This document shows positions 23,524-37,574 of a stretch of 64,000 nucleotides of DNA, piece after piece. Where the stretch lies: positions 31,763 to 95,762 of IMG/VR virus record IMGVR_UViG_3300017917_003766. The stretch is one strand, 5' to 3'. Position 1 is the first letter of the stretch; each line of letters begins with the position of its first letter. Below the pieces are notes generated by a model that saw only the letters and a list, made by a program, of their open reading frames with translations, was not told the DNA's origin and made no database searches. The stretch comes from a virus. The position numbers and the translations under genes were made by a program.

Positions 23524-26254
23524 TTATACTGCCCATACACTAGAACAGCCAGCATACGTATATCTGCTTCCAGGAAATCCAGAATATGTTATAGCCCTAG
23601 GACTTGGTCTTTGCCCGCTAGAATTTGGATGTTGATCAACGTATTCACCACCACCGATTGAAACACCTATATGACCAGCCCCATCTTCTCCTCCAGTCCA
23701 GTAAACAAGATATCCAACAGGTGGATTTTTACCAGTTTCTGAATTTGCGCTAAACCAGTCTTTGTCTTGATCTCCAGTTTGGACATTTTCCCAGTGAGCA
23801 GATGCTGTTTCAAACTGTCTGAGAGTTTTTGTCGGAACTGTTTTTTCAAAAGTTCCACCTGTCCACTCTTTTGTCGTTAAATCCGTTTCTGCTGCATCAA
23901 ATATACCTACCGACGCAGATAAAACTCTAGCGAATCTATCGCATTGGAAATTGCCATTTAAATCTTTTCTATACTGATCTAGCCACTGAGGTATCCTGTT
24001 TACCTTAAGCCAATTTGCCGCTTCCAAAACCTGAGTCTTTGTGAATGAAGTTGAGGTATTTTCATTTGATGCTGCAGGTGGATTTTCATATCTATCAGCC
24101 ACATTACCAGTATATGATATAGGCTTGCTTTGTTGTTCGTCTTTGTTTGTTCCATCTTTGGTTTTATCAAAATAAACTTCACCACTTAACCATCCTTCTA
24201 CATATGGTTTTGTTTTTGGATTAAACTTTGGTAAATTTTCTCTAACCCATTTTATTAATTCCTCTATTGCTTTACCGCTAGTTAGATACACATTCACTGC
24301 GTCTTGAAATTTTACACCAAAGATAAAACCGCAATCAGATCTATCACCGTAATCTCCCCAGTGAAAAAATCCGTTAGATTGAGTTATCTTTGATGTATTC
24401 TTAAAGTCAACTCTACCCCACTTTTGCATGAGTGCCCATACTTGATTTATCGGGTACCACAATCTATCATCTGTATCTGCTTTTCCGTTATTTTGTAGTT
24501 CTATCATTTTTTTTGCTATTGCATTTGAATCCCAACCCTGTTCTTTTCCTGGAACGTATGCCAAATCGGACGCCAAAACCATTGATGGATTAACTTTAGA
24601 TCCGTCATAATATATTGGAACTGCGCTTGAACTATTTCTTTGTTTATTCATTTGGGAAATAAGATTATATTGAAACATTCCAAAGGAATAATCGCCGGTA
24701 AAGCCAGTTGAATTTTCTCCGCATACTCCATTAAATGATGATGGATTTCCTACGCTTTCTCTAGCTGAAACAGCGCAGAGAACAGCTGCCACCTCCTCGC
24801 TGAATGGACCTTCTTTTGTTAATAAAATAAATAATTCATTTAAAGAAAGATCTGGTCCACTAGATTTATAGTTTTTATACGCTTTTTCTTTTGCGGCTGA
24901 AATATCTTCTTCGGTGTTAACATTGACATAATCTGACGTTGATGCCTGCGACTGTTGAGTAGAAATCCAACCAGAAGAACCTATATATTGCCCACCTCTA
25001 CTGGGGCTAAAACTAATATGTATATTATCTTTATGTTCCGCTGCAGATTCTATATTTACGTATTTAAGATTTTCATACATTGTTTTTATTGGATGGCTTT
25101 CAGATTCAAAACCTTCTCCTACGCCAAGATCTTTTGCCACATCAGGGTTAATGACGATCAGATCGGGTATGAGCTGCATTGGTAGCGAATTCAATCTTGA
25201 TAGCACATAATTTAAAGAAGACGCATAGTGCTCTTTTGATTTTCCAAAATTAGAGAAAGAACCAATTGAATCAATATCAAAAGCTCTACCGAATACATGA
25301 TCTGATATTGTATTTGTATTGTTTGCGTCTAGTCCACTAGCTGGATTAATATTTCTTTGACTTTGATCATCTTCTGATAATATCGCTCTGGACAAACCAA
25401 ATCTACCTTTTATTGGAACACCTTTTGTTGGGTCAGTGAGTATCAGTAGGCATTCTATTAAAGAAGCGCATACATACGCTCTTTTGCTTTGCGCACTAAT
25501 CAATGACTCATCTATAGTTCCATCTTGGGAAGAATCTGGGAAATAAGACTGCGTCTGCGCAAATTTGTATGATGTAAGTTGGTTTGGTATATCAAACTGA
25601 AAACCAACACTCAATGCTGGTTCTGGTATTCTTTTATTTAGCTCTCTTCCTCTTTCTAGATATATATCAGATTCTTCAGCCGGCAATTCATCGACAACAG
25701 CAATTGGCCTTGAGCCGAGAGATGGAGCACCAGGTTTTAGTTCATATACAATATTGTTGTGCTTATAGAATGCACCATTTGATTCTCCAACATAAGAAGT
25801 TGATTTATTTTTTGCCAGGTCGCTCATCATTTTTTCTAAAATTGGATTTGGCATTTTTGATGGAGAAAGTCCTGTACCGAGCATTGATTGACCGACGGTT
25901 TTCAGGTATGCCTCTGATCCAGTAAGGGTTGCTTTTTCTCCTTCATTTCCTTGATAGTCTGGATTTGGGACTTCAAACCCTTCGTACTTTGCGCCAGCTG
26001 TTAAAATTCCATGAAGAGAAGATTGTACGAATTTGTTGTTGACATCCATCAATGTAGCTGGATTTCTTGAAAGCGCTCCGCCCAGCCATTATGTCAACAA
26101 CGTCTCTTGATGTAAGCGATTGGTTTACGTATTTTTCTTTTGAGGCGGATGTCACCAAGCTTTGACTACCGTTGGGGTTAAATCCTTCTGCTATTTTTGA
26201 GGTAAATGATTTGGAATTATCAAAATCATCTATCGTCAATCCAAATTCATCCAT
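23524..26254 (-). CDS. Virion-associated peptidoglycan hydrolase, ~909 aa (peptidase M15-like + SLT lytic transglycosylase + CHAP/NlpC-P60); one +1 shift at CGG 26078-26080
   Basis: M15-like SDHVFGRAFD...HKDNIHIS; SLT-like AVSARESVGNP...DYSFGMFQYN; CHAP/NlpC-like QCDRFAR...YLVYWTGGEDGAGHIGVSIGGG. Confidence 0.8.
26077..26080 (-). other. +1 recoding site GGG-CGGA
   Basis: Joins 25973..26254 to 23524..26052. Confidence 0.8.
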
Positions 26255-26256
26255 GA

Positions 26257-29200
26257 TTATGTTGACCTTTGTTCTATGTACTGCACGTTGGGTATTTGAT
26301 CATCTAGTCCTATTTCTGCTGGTCTACTTCTTAGTAGATCAACGGTATATACTTGAGCTAGATTATTCGTAACCAATTCCCAGTTAAGAGTGGCTGGACC
26401 ACCATCATCATAGTACTCATCCCATCCCACATAAGGCCATTCAGAGGCTTTTGAATACAATGCTTCCATTATTTTAAAGCTTACAAGAACATTGAACATC
26501 TTTATTTTATCATCTGGAAGATTTATAAGTGGATCAGATGACCCAGTAACTTCAAAGTATTCTTTTACATTAGAAGTAAAAATCGACGAGTAGATTACAT
26601 CAAATTTTATATAAAGAACGGATTCGGGATAAAGTGTTTCTTTAAACTTTTGTTTTATTATACTTAGCGATTCAAACTGATTTTGAATAAATAAATCTCT
26701 AACCATTAATATATTATCCTGAATGTCATTATCGATCATTCTATAGAACACAGTTCCTAACGATTTATCTGCTTCAGAATCTCCATAATATTTTCCTTTT
26801 AGATAACTCTTAGTTGTATTTTGTTTTGAACCTGGGGCAAGATCGTCTTCTGTATACAAAGAAGTAGCTGATGCATTGTTTGGAGAAATCCTAATCACAA
26901 AAGGATTTTCCGAAAGCTTTTCATGAACGAATAGAGCTGCCTGTCCACCTGGTGAATCTATATTAATTCCTTGAATTGGGCCAGGAGATTTATTAGATAC
27001 ATTTACATATCCCTCAAAAACACCAAGCTTAGAAGCTATGATTCCTTCTAATCTAACTTTAAATGGTGCAGACTGAGGACTCAAAAGATCAATTACCTCA
27101 ATTTCATCTCCATCAATTACTTTATTTAATTTACACAAAACTTTGAAGAATTGATTAAACCCTGCCTTATCTGGTCCAGTTCCAGAGTATTTCAAAACCT
27201 CTGCATTAACCAGCGCATTTTCCAGGCTGACATGTCTTACCAGATCAGATATTTGTTTTTCTTTCCAACCCATATTCTTAAGTAGATCATCGTACCTTAT
27301 GAAAGCATTTCCTTCTGGAGTTCTAACCTTAGAGCGAACACCAAGTATTCCTGGAAGAAGTCTCTTAGTGTGATACCTGCCGACAACCATGCCCTGATTT
27401 ATAGAAAGACCAGCATCCATCGGTTGACCGTTTCTATTTAGATAAGAAATATAACAACCATGTTGATCTAGTACATTATCCCTAACCCACTTCCAACCCT
27501 TCCACATTATGTTTGTTGCCGCTGCCGCTGCTATTCCACCACCAACTGGTCCACCAAGGAAAGTCCCAACAGCAGCTGATCCAATTGTAGTCGCTGCGTA
27601 CATTGCAGCAAGGCCAGTAAGACTTACTTTTGAATCTGCATTTGCCTTTAGTTGCTGCTCAACTTGGGCTTTGGCATCGAACAGTCCCTCTGCTGTAAAG
27701 TTTGCCATAATATCCTTACTTAAAGCACTAGATCCGTGAGTAAACTGCACTCCACCAAGCATTTGGACTCTAAGCGCTTGAGCTATTCCATCTGTTGAAA
27801 TATTGCCATTAGAAAGTATTCCTGTACTTCCAGCTTGAACTGAGTTCATTATCATCCTAGTATCATTTCTGATATTTTGTATTGAAAACCAAGAATGCAT
27901 CCATGATGACATAAACCATCTAGCTGGATCATTTACGGTAACAAAGGCGTTGGGTGTTATTGATGTAACAAATCCCATATTTGGAGTAAAGTGATGGACT
28001 ACTTGTTCTACTTCAAATATTCCGTACATTCTTTCATAGACGTCAGCTAAGTAAACAAGATCGTGAGGTCTTATGTCGGCACTACCAAGAACAATTAATT
28101 CACCTGAGTAAATATCTTTTAGCGATTCTCTTAAATGGGCAAGCGCAACCCTTCTTGCCATTAATTCATCTGGGGCACCTTGCGTGGTTTTAATTGCACT
28201 TCTTGAAAACTCAATAGGGTTAACTAGTGGATGTATTAGCCCAGTTAGGCCAGAACCAAATAAGTTATCAAAATACAATCCTGTTTCAACTGTTTTTTCA
28301 ACTTGTCTTTCTGAAGGAATACTTTTATCAAGAGCGACAGTAACTGGATACTTACCATCTGAAACTGCCGTTATTGAAGTGGCGACATTGGTTGTTGTTT
28401 CTTGGATATTATTATTTAATATTGTTGAAAAAGAACTCAGGTAATGCATTCTCTGGAATGGTTCTCTTACCTCTACAACTGGTTCTCCATACTCTCTCGT
28501 GAATGGATTGTCAACAGCTCTTAAAATTGAACCTGGTCTTCCCATCGAATAATAAATAGAGTCATTAAATACTTTATTTAAAATATTGGCTTGTTTTGCA
28601 AAGTTGTCTACTTCAGAAAGTTGATATCCCATTTGCATCATTGATATTCTAAACATATTCATTAATCCGCTTAAGCCGTCACTAAGTGCAGTAAACAGTG
28701 GTCCAATATTAGCATCCCAAAAACTATCTACATTATGTGCTAAAACACCGACAAAGTTTGTAGCGCTATTTCCCTCGCCTTTATTGTCAGCCAATAGCTT
28801 TAAGAATTTTTTCTTATCAGAAGAATAATTTTGATTAGGATCAATAAATGCTGCAAAGATTTTATCCACAGAATGAAAGTCCCATTCGTCTCCCCAACTT
28901 CCTAAGCCTATTCCTATTTTTCTAGATGGCTTAAGAACTAGCCAAGCTCTTGCATACGGGTCCTGCCACATGGCTTGTCTAAATAAACCAACAACAATTA
29001 AGAAAACCTGTCTTGCGCTAAGTGTTTTATCTTTAGTCTTACCAAGTAAATCTGATGTTTTTATCAATCCTCCGCCAATAGTTTGACCAACTATTAGGCT
29101 CACATTGCTTGCATTTTGGAAAAACTTTCCTAGTTTTTTATATTTTGAAACAATTAGCTGATTGAAATAACTTACTAAACCACCCTGATCAAGAGAAGCG

Positions 29201-32200
29201 TCTATTAGATTTCTTCTAGAATACTCTATTGCTTCTTTTACCAATCTATCTTCTTGCTTTAAGGGTGGTGGAGCATCTGGATCGGTAAATCTAATGATAT
29301 TTGGTTTTTGATTAATAAAATCGCTTCCCAACAAAAGTGTAAATTCATCGACTGCTCCGTCACCAGAAGAAGAATATTTTTTAATAACTTCTGGACTGGA
29401 GTTTGGATTTTTTATTATTTGCATAATAGCATCTGGAAGTCTTGTATCATCATCTGGATCTAGGCCAAAAGCATCGAAGAAAATTTTCTTTACAGAGTCG
29501 TAATTATGATATCCAAATCTAAACTGATCCCATACGTCATTTGCCTGAGCTAAACTTCTTCCATCTCCAGCTATAACATGGGTTGTTGAACTATACCCTT
29601 CATCGTAAAAAGATCTTGCCTCTCTGGATGTTCCGTCCAGTGGATCATAAATAGGAACAAATTGAACTCGACCAGTTCCTTTTGTGTCACCAGTCGTTGG
29701 AAGTTCTTTATCTAAAATTTCCCATAATCTGTCTTTTGATAATTTATCATATTGAGCAGAAAGCACTAAATCAAAATAACCATCTTTACCATCTTTTGAT
29801 GGTACCAAGTTTCCACCACGAGCAGCTGCTAAAGCAAAGTCTCCATCAGTTAGAAGATTAACTCCACCAACTGGTGCAAGTTCTCTAAATGCGCTATTTA
29901 GAGGACTGCCAGGTGTTGTGTTTAATATTTCAAGCTGTCTCTCTACATTATCAACAGATCCGCCTATTTTACCAGTTCTGTATAGGCTACCAGCATTGAC
30001 GATTTCTGCCAAAAGCTTTTTATCTTTTGATCCAGAAGCGTCAAATCTTCCAAATCCAATCAAATAGTTTCCATCTTCACCAAAAACTTGCTTAGACTGT
30101 TCAGTTAATTCAAATTCATTTGCCGGGTTATATAATGTTGTTACTACTCCAAGTGGTATATCATCGTCAACAAATACATAGTAACACTCTCTAGGAATTG
30201 GGAACGGCGCTAACCCAGCTTTAGCTAATGATTTGGCGGCCTTTGCCGCATCTGAACCATCATCAAATGCTTTATTTATAATACTTTGAAAACGTGCTCC
30301 TGAATCGGTTGGAGTTTCAAGTGGGGAAAGATGCATCATTCCTAAATAATAGGCTGCATCTGGAGAAACTATAGCTTCAAGTTTTTCGTTTATATTTTTT
30401 GTTCCTTCTGAATTGCTTTCATATGCTTCTATTTCATCATTGCCCCACAAAAAGAAGGCTGGCTTGCATACAACAGCGGTTCTTGTAATTGGACTATATA
30501 CTAAAACTTTTCTCTGTTTATAGTCAGATGGTTTTCCATAAAATTCGTTGTCTTTTCTTTCTGAAAAATATTTTTCTTTGAACTTTTTAAACATTTCATC
30601 ATCTTTATCACCATCAGATATGTCATATGGCCATCTCATAGCTATGTAAAATTGTTCATCTATTGCCGTTTCTGGGCTACCCCATTCTCTATAACTAAAC
30701 TTACTAGAAGAAATTATCTTTGAGTTATTGATATACTCATATTCCCAAGAACCTTCAAGTTTTTTAGTTACTTTTGGTACTTCGTTTTTCATCGATGGCA
30801 GTGGCATACGCACCAGGTTTTTTGCCTTTGCATCAACGGTTGATTGCACTAAGTCAAATATAGAATTTTCTTCGCTAAGTAGTGTAGATTTATCTACGGA
30901 TTTAGTAAATGATAATGCATCAAGTTTAATCGAAAATTCATTTTTATTTTTAGAGTCTGGTATTACATCGGTTAATGCTGTCGAACCAACCAAATTACCC
31001 TCATATGTCAATAGATTTAAGTAAACTTCATCTTCAACTAACTTTTCGTACTCTTTATCTCCTTTATGAACTGTTGCATTTTGTATATCTCTATTTTTTG
31101 AAAGAGCATAAAATGGATAATCTAACAAAACTGCACCAGATGTTCTATCTGTAAAATATGGGAATGAGTATCGTAGTGGAATTTGCGGTATTTCTTTGTG
31201 AACTGATTGTAAATCAGACACTGGAACTTCAATTAAATTTTTTGTACTCGTTATCGGTAAGTGAAACCCTATTGTTGCGTATCCTTTATTCACTGGTATT
31301 TCAGATACAATCTTTTTATTTTCTGAATCAGTGTATTTTAGTCTCTTTGGATCGGTAATATTAATTACTCTTCCCTTTAACACTCCAGCTGGTGCGTATA
31401 TGTCTGCCCCAAGTGATTGATCTTTAGCAATTTGCTCCAAGCTTAATAGCGGACTCCTTATTGTTCTAAATGCTTCATAGTCTGCAGTTGGATTAGATGA
31501 TTGATTTATCTTATTCAACAAATCAAGAAGCTCAGCATCTGGGCTTCTGTAAGAGGGTGTTTTTAGTCCTAGTTCAACTGCTTTGTTTTCCGAAGGGAAT
31601 CCAGTAGTTATTGGGACAACTCCAGACGTATAAAGCCAATGTGGTTTTCCATAAAATATTGTTGATCTATCTTCAAACGGACGAACGGCAACTATATAGT
31701 TTGGTAGCAGTCTTGCACACATTTGAAACATATCCCAAACTGTTTTCATATAAGTTTGAGCCCTAAATGAAACTTCATCAAATCCTGGCATGTCATCATC
31801 GAGAGTACTTATTAGGCCCATGGTCGCAAATATATTAGCCCCACCACGACCAGACAGAGATCCAAGCAGTGTAGCGCCACCGAATGCCGCAGTTGTTACA
31901 CCTATTACAGGTAGGGCTAATCCACCAGTTCCAATAGCTAAGGCGGCACCAGCAGCAAGTAGCGATCCACTTAACAAGCCGGCAGCTAAACCACCGCTTG
32001 ATCTAGATTCCTTACCAGCATTTGCCACATCAATTGCATCTGAAGCGGCGCTGTCTCCACTATCATATCTTCTTAAAAGATCATTCCATGAAGCGTCAGT
32101 GAGCCTATCGAGATAATGCAGTCTTGGATTTGGCTGATCTTCTGGAGTTAAGGTAGAAGCATTGGACCATCCATCGCCAAGATCGCCGCCCAAAAATTGA

Positions 32201-35200
32201 GCGACTCCAGTTCCATTTCCTGGATAAATATTTCTTTTAAATATTTCAAGATCCCTTTGTGCTGCGAAGTTTGCCCACATTGTTCTCATATATCCCAAAA
32301 CTGGAAGTCTAAAATGCGAACCAATTGAAATACCACCTTGATTTGCGTTGTTACCGAATGGATTCATGGCTCCAGCTACTTGCGCTATCCCAGCAGTTGT
32401 CATTCCAGCAGCTGCGCTTATTGGACCATCGCCACCTGAATTCCCAACTGCAAGAAGAGCATCACTTACTGCGTTTCTTATTCCAAGATTTCTATTATAT
32501 TCTATTTCGTTTAGTGCTTCGTACGGAATCATCCCAAAGTGTTTAATTCCGAAATTTGTTTTCCGAAAAAATCATTCCTCTTGTCGCATAAGCAAAAGCC
32601 TCTCTTACTCTGGAACTACCCATTGAAAGAAGTCTTACCATTAAGTCTCTTGGCTCAGATAGGTATAAGCCAGTATTTAATCCACCATCAATGCTACCGC
32701 TACTACCCTTTTTGTCAACCGAATTAACTACTGGGCTTAGCTCTATAGCATCAGATTGACATGTTACAGTTACAACTTCACCGAGCTCTACTTCTGTAAT
32801 TACTCCATTAAAAACAGTTTGTAGTGAATTTGGGTTAGAGCCATATCCAACTCTAAGATGTACTCTTACTCCAGGCTTTAATCTTATGTTTTCTATATCA
32901 ACAATATATTGTGATTCCATATGACCAAGCATGTTTCTAGCTGTATTTAGAGTCCTATCTATTATTTGTTCCATGCCATCTGTTAAAGATAATTTATCAA
33001 CTCCAGGCTTTGACTCCTGTTCTCCTGGACCACCATTAAATATTGCTGTCATTTCTTTTGTTGATAGTTTTGAATACATATTTGATACTCTAAATACTAA
33101 AGTATCTCCCAATATATCTTCAGATGAAACTATAGAAAAGTCTATTATTGATTGCAATCCATAGAAGTTATCAAATAGCTTTGTACCAGCAAAAGTTCTT
33201 TCAGAGATAAGCCACAACATATATGTTGGAAATGCCCTAACCATTCTTCCAGAAATATCTCTATAAGATGTATCAAGCATCATTTTTTCCCAGTGTTCGC
33301 TTGTGGATTTGGCATTCTGCTTGTTGCTCATTGTCTCTGGCTTTGAGGCATCTCCAGACGAAAACGCATATTGATACTGAGAAAGCGCAGTCGCCCCAGG
33401 AACTCCAGTAAGGCTCTTTGTAGTTCCTCTATCTGGAGTTTGTATGTCTGTTATTCCAATATAATTTATTGATGAATCCTTTTTAACTGCAACGTCATCT
33501 ATGGTTAGATAAAATTTTCCATTTACTTTATCTATATAACCAAATTGATAACCATCTGCTGTTTGCATAATAGATGGAATCTTTGAGTCATTTGGATTTT
33601 CTACTGCTGGAAACGTATGTATAATCGCATGAGCGTCTAGTTCGTCTGGATTAAAGCTTATATATTTATCCTCTTCTGAGTTTCCATTTTTTCCATCCAA
33701 TGCTGCTTTTAATTTAGCAGCTGCTTCTGGATCTCTTGATGAAATATCACCGAGTTTAAGTTGACCTGAAACAGTCTTGAACGAGGCATCTGCAACATCT
33801 TTTTGGGGAAAGTCGCTCTCTTCAAGAGTATCAACATAGTCAAGCAAGAATCTTTCATTTGTTTCTGTTTTTAAAGCTTCGACTATAAAAGAAGCTGTTT
33901 CCGATGCATTCAGGTTTAGAGTATTGGATACATATTTTTTTAACCCAATTAAATCATCTTTCTTTATATATTCTTTAAAAATAGCAAGTATGTTTTCATT
34001 TTTATATTCAACACCACCGTAAGGTGTAACAACTTTAACTTTGTTAGAAAGATCTATTGATTCTATATCTAGTTTAGCTAATTTACCCTTATTATTACTT
34101 ATACTGCTTACGACATCTTTATCTAACATTTCAAAAGATCTAAAATAAAAATCTGGATCCAAACATCCTACTACTTCACCAGTTTTATTTCTAATTTCTA
34201 ATGGAAAATCTGGATAAGCGTTGAATGCACCCCATAACTGTTTGATTCTTAAAAATGGATTTTTCTTTGTACCAAATTCTTCAATTAGTTTTTTCTGTTG
34301 ATCAGAAGAAAGTTTTTCTCTTTTTTGTTGGAAAATATCAAAGTCTACTAATCTCAATGTAACATCATAAACGTGTGGAAAGTTTGGTATTGTAGAGACA
34401 TTAAACGAAAGTGGAAGTACATATTTAATACCAGCAAGTGCGGTTATGATATTTTTAATTCCCATAAAGCCCATTACGCCTGCGGCGTGCTCTAAGCGGG
34501 CTAAACCGTTTATGTGATCAAATATTTTTCTAAGCTTTATAAGTTCTTTTTCTCCAAAAACTTTCATTGATATACTTATATAGCTATCTCCACCACCAAC
34601 ATGTTGGTAGGTTGGCTCCTCAAGCATTTGTACTTGGAGTGGAATAATGCTGTTACTCATAGAAACGGATACATCGGTGACTATAGCCGTTGAAGGATCT
34701 ATATCTATTCTTATCATGGGCACTTCCCATTCTCTTAGGTGGAAACTGCCACTTCTTTGCCTTGCTGCCTCCATCAAGTCTCTGATTGGACCTGCCCTAA
34801 AAAATCTTTCATATACTAAAGCTGTATAACCATCGCCATATTGTTTTTTTATTCTTTGTCTTTCTGCTTCTTTTGTTTTTTCATCCCAACTAGCACCAGC
34901 ATTTCTGATTACTTTTTGTAGTTGTTCATCGACCATAAAATCTAGATATGAATTTACATTCAATGCTTTGCTTCTAAAGAATAACTTTATCTGCATTAGT
35001 GATTCGTCTTTAAATGTCACAGCTCCAAATATGTATTGTTGAGATGTTTCGGTATAGGCATTTGAGTCGTCTGAAAAATTTCTAAGGAAGTTTTTTCTTC
35101 CAGAATCAAGAGATGGATTTTGTCTTATAAAACTTTCTATTAGAAAAGCGTAAGCTTTTTTCTGAAAATCTTCCGCTGTTAAACCAGCACTTAATATGTC

Positions 35201-37568
35201 AATACTGTCTAGTATTTTTTGTCTTACTGTATACTCTACAATATTTCCAACAGACGTAGTTATAACTGAATCAAGAGTTCTTCCATATCCAGCAGATTCG
35301 TTTACATCAATTCCAAAATTTGACAAAAGATTAGCCCACGTTGATCTTGATTGATCGCTAAGAAGTTCTTCTTCTGGACTTCTAAATCCATACAAATCCG
35401 GAGTGAATATTTTTGTTTGGGTTTCTTGAGGCACATAAAATGTTATGTTACTTCCATTAGTCCATTCTCTAACAACATTGGTTGTAAGTATTTCGTTTTT
35501 ATAACCTAATAAACCTTCCGAATCAGACGAGCCATCTTTTTGATTTTGATTATTTCTATCAGAAGCCCAGTCTTTGTTAAGCGCTTTACTAACCGCAGAA
35601 CTTGGTTTATCTTGTGCTTCAACCATCAAAAATTCTTCGTTAATATAATTATGAAGCGCACCAGCTGCTTTGCCCATGTACTGCCTAAATTTACCCCAAT
35701 GAACAGCTTGATTAAAATCATTGATCATAGGTAGAAATGGTTTGTGGTTAAAATTATAAAGCTCTAAATTCACTACAAGAGCAAATGGATAGTTTGGCAC
35801 TGTTGATATGGACATACTGTGCATTGCTACTCCAGTAATTCCATAAACAGAATTAAGATACTGATTTCTAACCGGCAGGAATGGTGCGTATTTGAACGCA
35901 GCAACCAAACCTCTTAGGGAAGAAAGAAACTTGTCAATTTTTTCTTCGTTATCTCCAGTACCACTAAAGTCTAAAGTAAAGTTATCTTTCAATCTTATTT
36001 TTGACGCTTCATCTATTGAAATTCCCCATATTTCTTCATAGTTAGGAAAGTACAATTGCATAGATATTGTTGTATGTCTATATCCTGCATTAAACTTTGG
36101 TGTATTTTTTTGACGCAAAGCTCCTTCGCCCAGGCTGCTAACTTTAAATTGAGTTTGAACGTCTATGTTAATGGGCGGTATATAAAAGTTTGACGCACCA
36201 ATTCTTAAATGAAAAATATCTGGTGCTGCTGGTGGAATATTCTGTCTAAATGGAAACTCTCTTAAAGCTTTTTCAATTCTTTGACCAGTATTGATTAGCT
36301 CCCATGCGCCTTCAAAAATATTTACTCCATTAACTTGACCAAAAGAAGTCATCAAATCATTAAGTATTGCCTGAGGGTCGTTTAATCTATCTTCCGAACC
36401 TCCACCTTTGCCATCATTTGAATAGTCGGCCGTAAGTGCAAGTGAGTTGAAAAAGAATGTTGCTAAATCAGGAAAATATTGATATACAGAAGCCAATAAA
36501 ATTGGATCCCTTGATAAAGTTTGAAGCGTTTTACTTAGCGCAGTTAACCAAGCTGTATCTCTGGCTCCATCTAAGACATCAAGTGCCGCAGCGCTAGACT
36601 TTACTTTATAGGTATTTGCAAATCTTTTTCTACCATATGCTCTTATTGCATCTACATGCACTAGTAGGTCTATCAAACCAGAGGCTTCTATTTTTTCAAA
36701 TAATGCCTTTTGAGAATTTTCGTCGATATCCCTAAAACCAACAGATGGGGAAAAAAATCTTTTGAACATCTGAAATGAAATATCTTCTTCATTTTTTTTA
36801 TCCGCTAAGAAGTTTTTTTCTCTAAAAATTTTATATAAATTACTAGAATTTTGTATAACAGTATTATCATGCCAATGTATTTTGGCTAAAAACTCTTCTA
36901 ATGCGGCTAATCTTTCTGAAGAAAAGTCTCCAAGATCTTCTTCTAATATAGGGGCTCTTGTTTCTTTTTTATTTTCTTCTTTAGGAGGTTGTTCATTGTT
37001 TTGATTATCTAAATAATTTTGCTTGTACCAATCTAATCTACTCGATACTTGAAACCAAAATTCCTTCATCGAAGGCAGTACGTCAAATGCTCCATTTGTA
37101 CTACCACTTTGATAAACACCATATCTGTTGTTTTCAAACCAGGTTTTCCAAGCTTTATTTAAGATAGGATCTGCTAAAGAAACATTCTCTGGTATATCTT
37201 TATCAAAGTTATCTTTAAGATATTTTAATATTTGTTGATTTGTTACAGAATCAGATCTAGAAGAAATATTTGTTTTTATTATTTTTTCTCTGGCTGCAAC
37301 CCAATACTCATCAGATGGATCTGGCGGAAGTATAAGTATCCCACTTGGCGCTTTTTTGTTATACCAATAACCAGTGTTATCTCTTCCGTAATAAACCCTC
37401 TTCTTCTCGAACTAACAAAAACCTAAAAGATTGTAAGAATAAAGGTATTGCGGGATTAGAGATGGCCTGCTGAAGCCAATAATCAACTTCAACTTTATAG
37501 TCAGCGATGGCGTCTGCTGTTGGAAACTTTTCCTTTATATATTTAAGCGCATCTGCGTTGATCGTCAT
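26257..37568 (-). CDS. Giant baseplate hub protein, ~3769 aa (gp27/gpD-like hub with accessory domains); two +1 shifts at CGG (37386, 32549)
   Basis: Hub-type motifs LKPGVRVHLRVGYG...VFNGVITEV...VTCQS and YSGELIVLGSADIRPHDLVYL...FEVEQVVHHFTPNMGFVTSITP. Fragments 37377..37568, 32543..37069 and 26257..32532 join in register. Confidence 0.75.
32548..32551 (-). other. +1 recoding site TTT-CGGA
   Basis: Zero-frame stop 2 codons downstream and +1-frame stop 8 codons upstream, so the shift window is tightly bracketed. Confidence 0.85.
37385..37388 (-). other. +1 recoding site TTA-CGGA
   Basis: Joins 37377..37568 to 32543..37069 through an open ~105-codon gap. Confidence 0.8.
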
Positions 37569-37574
37569 AATTAA

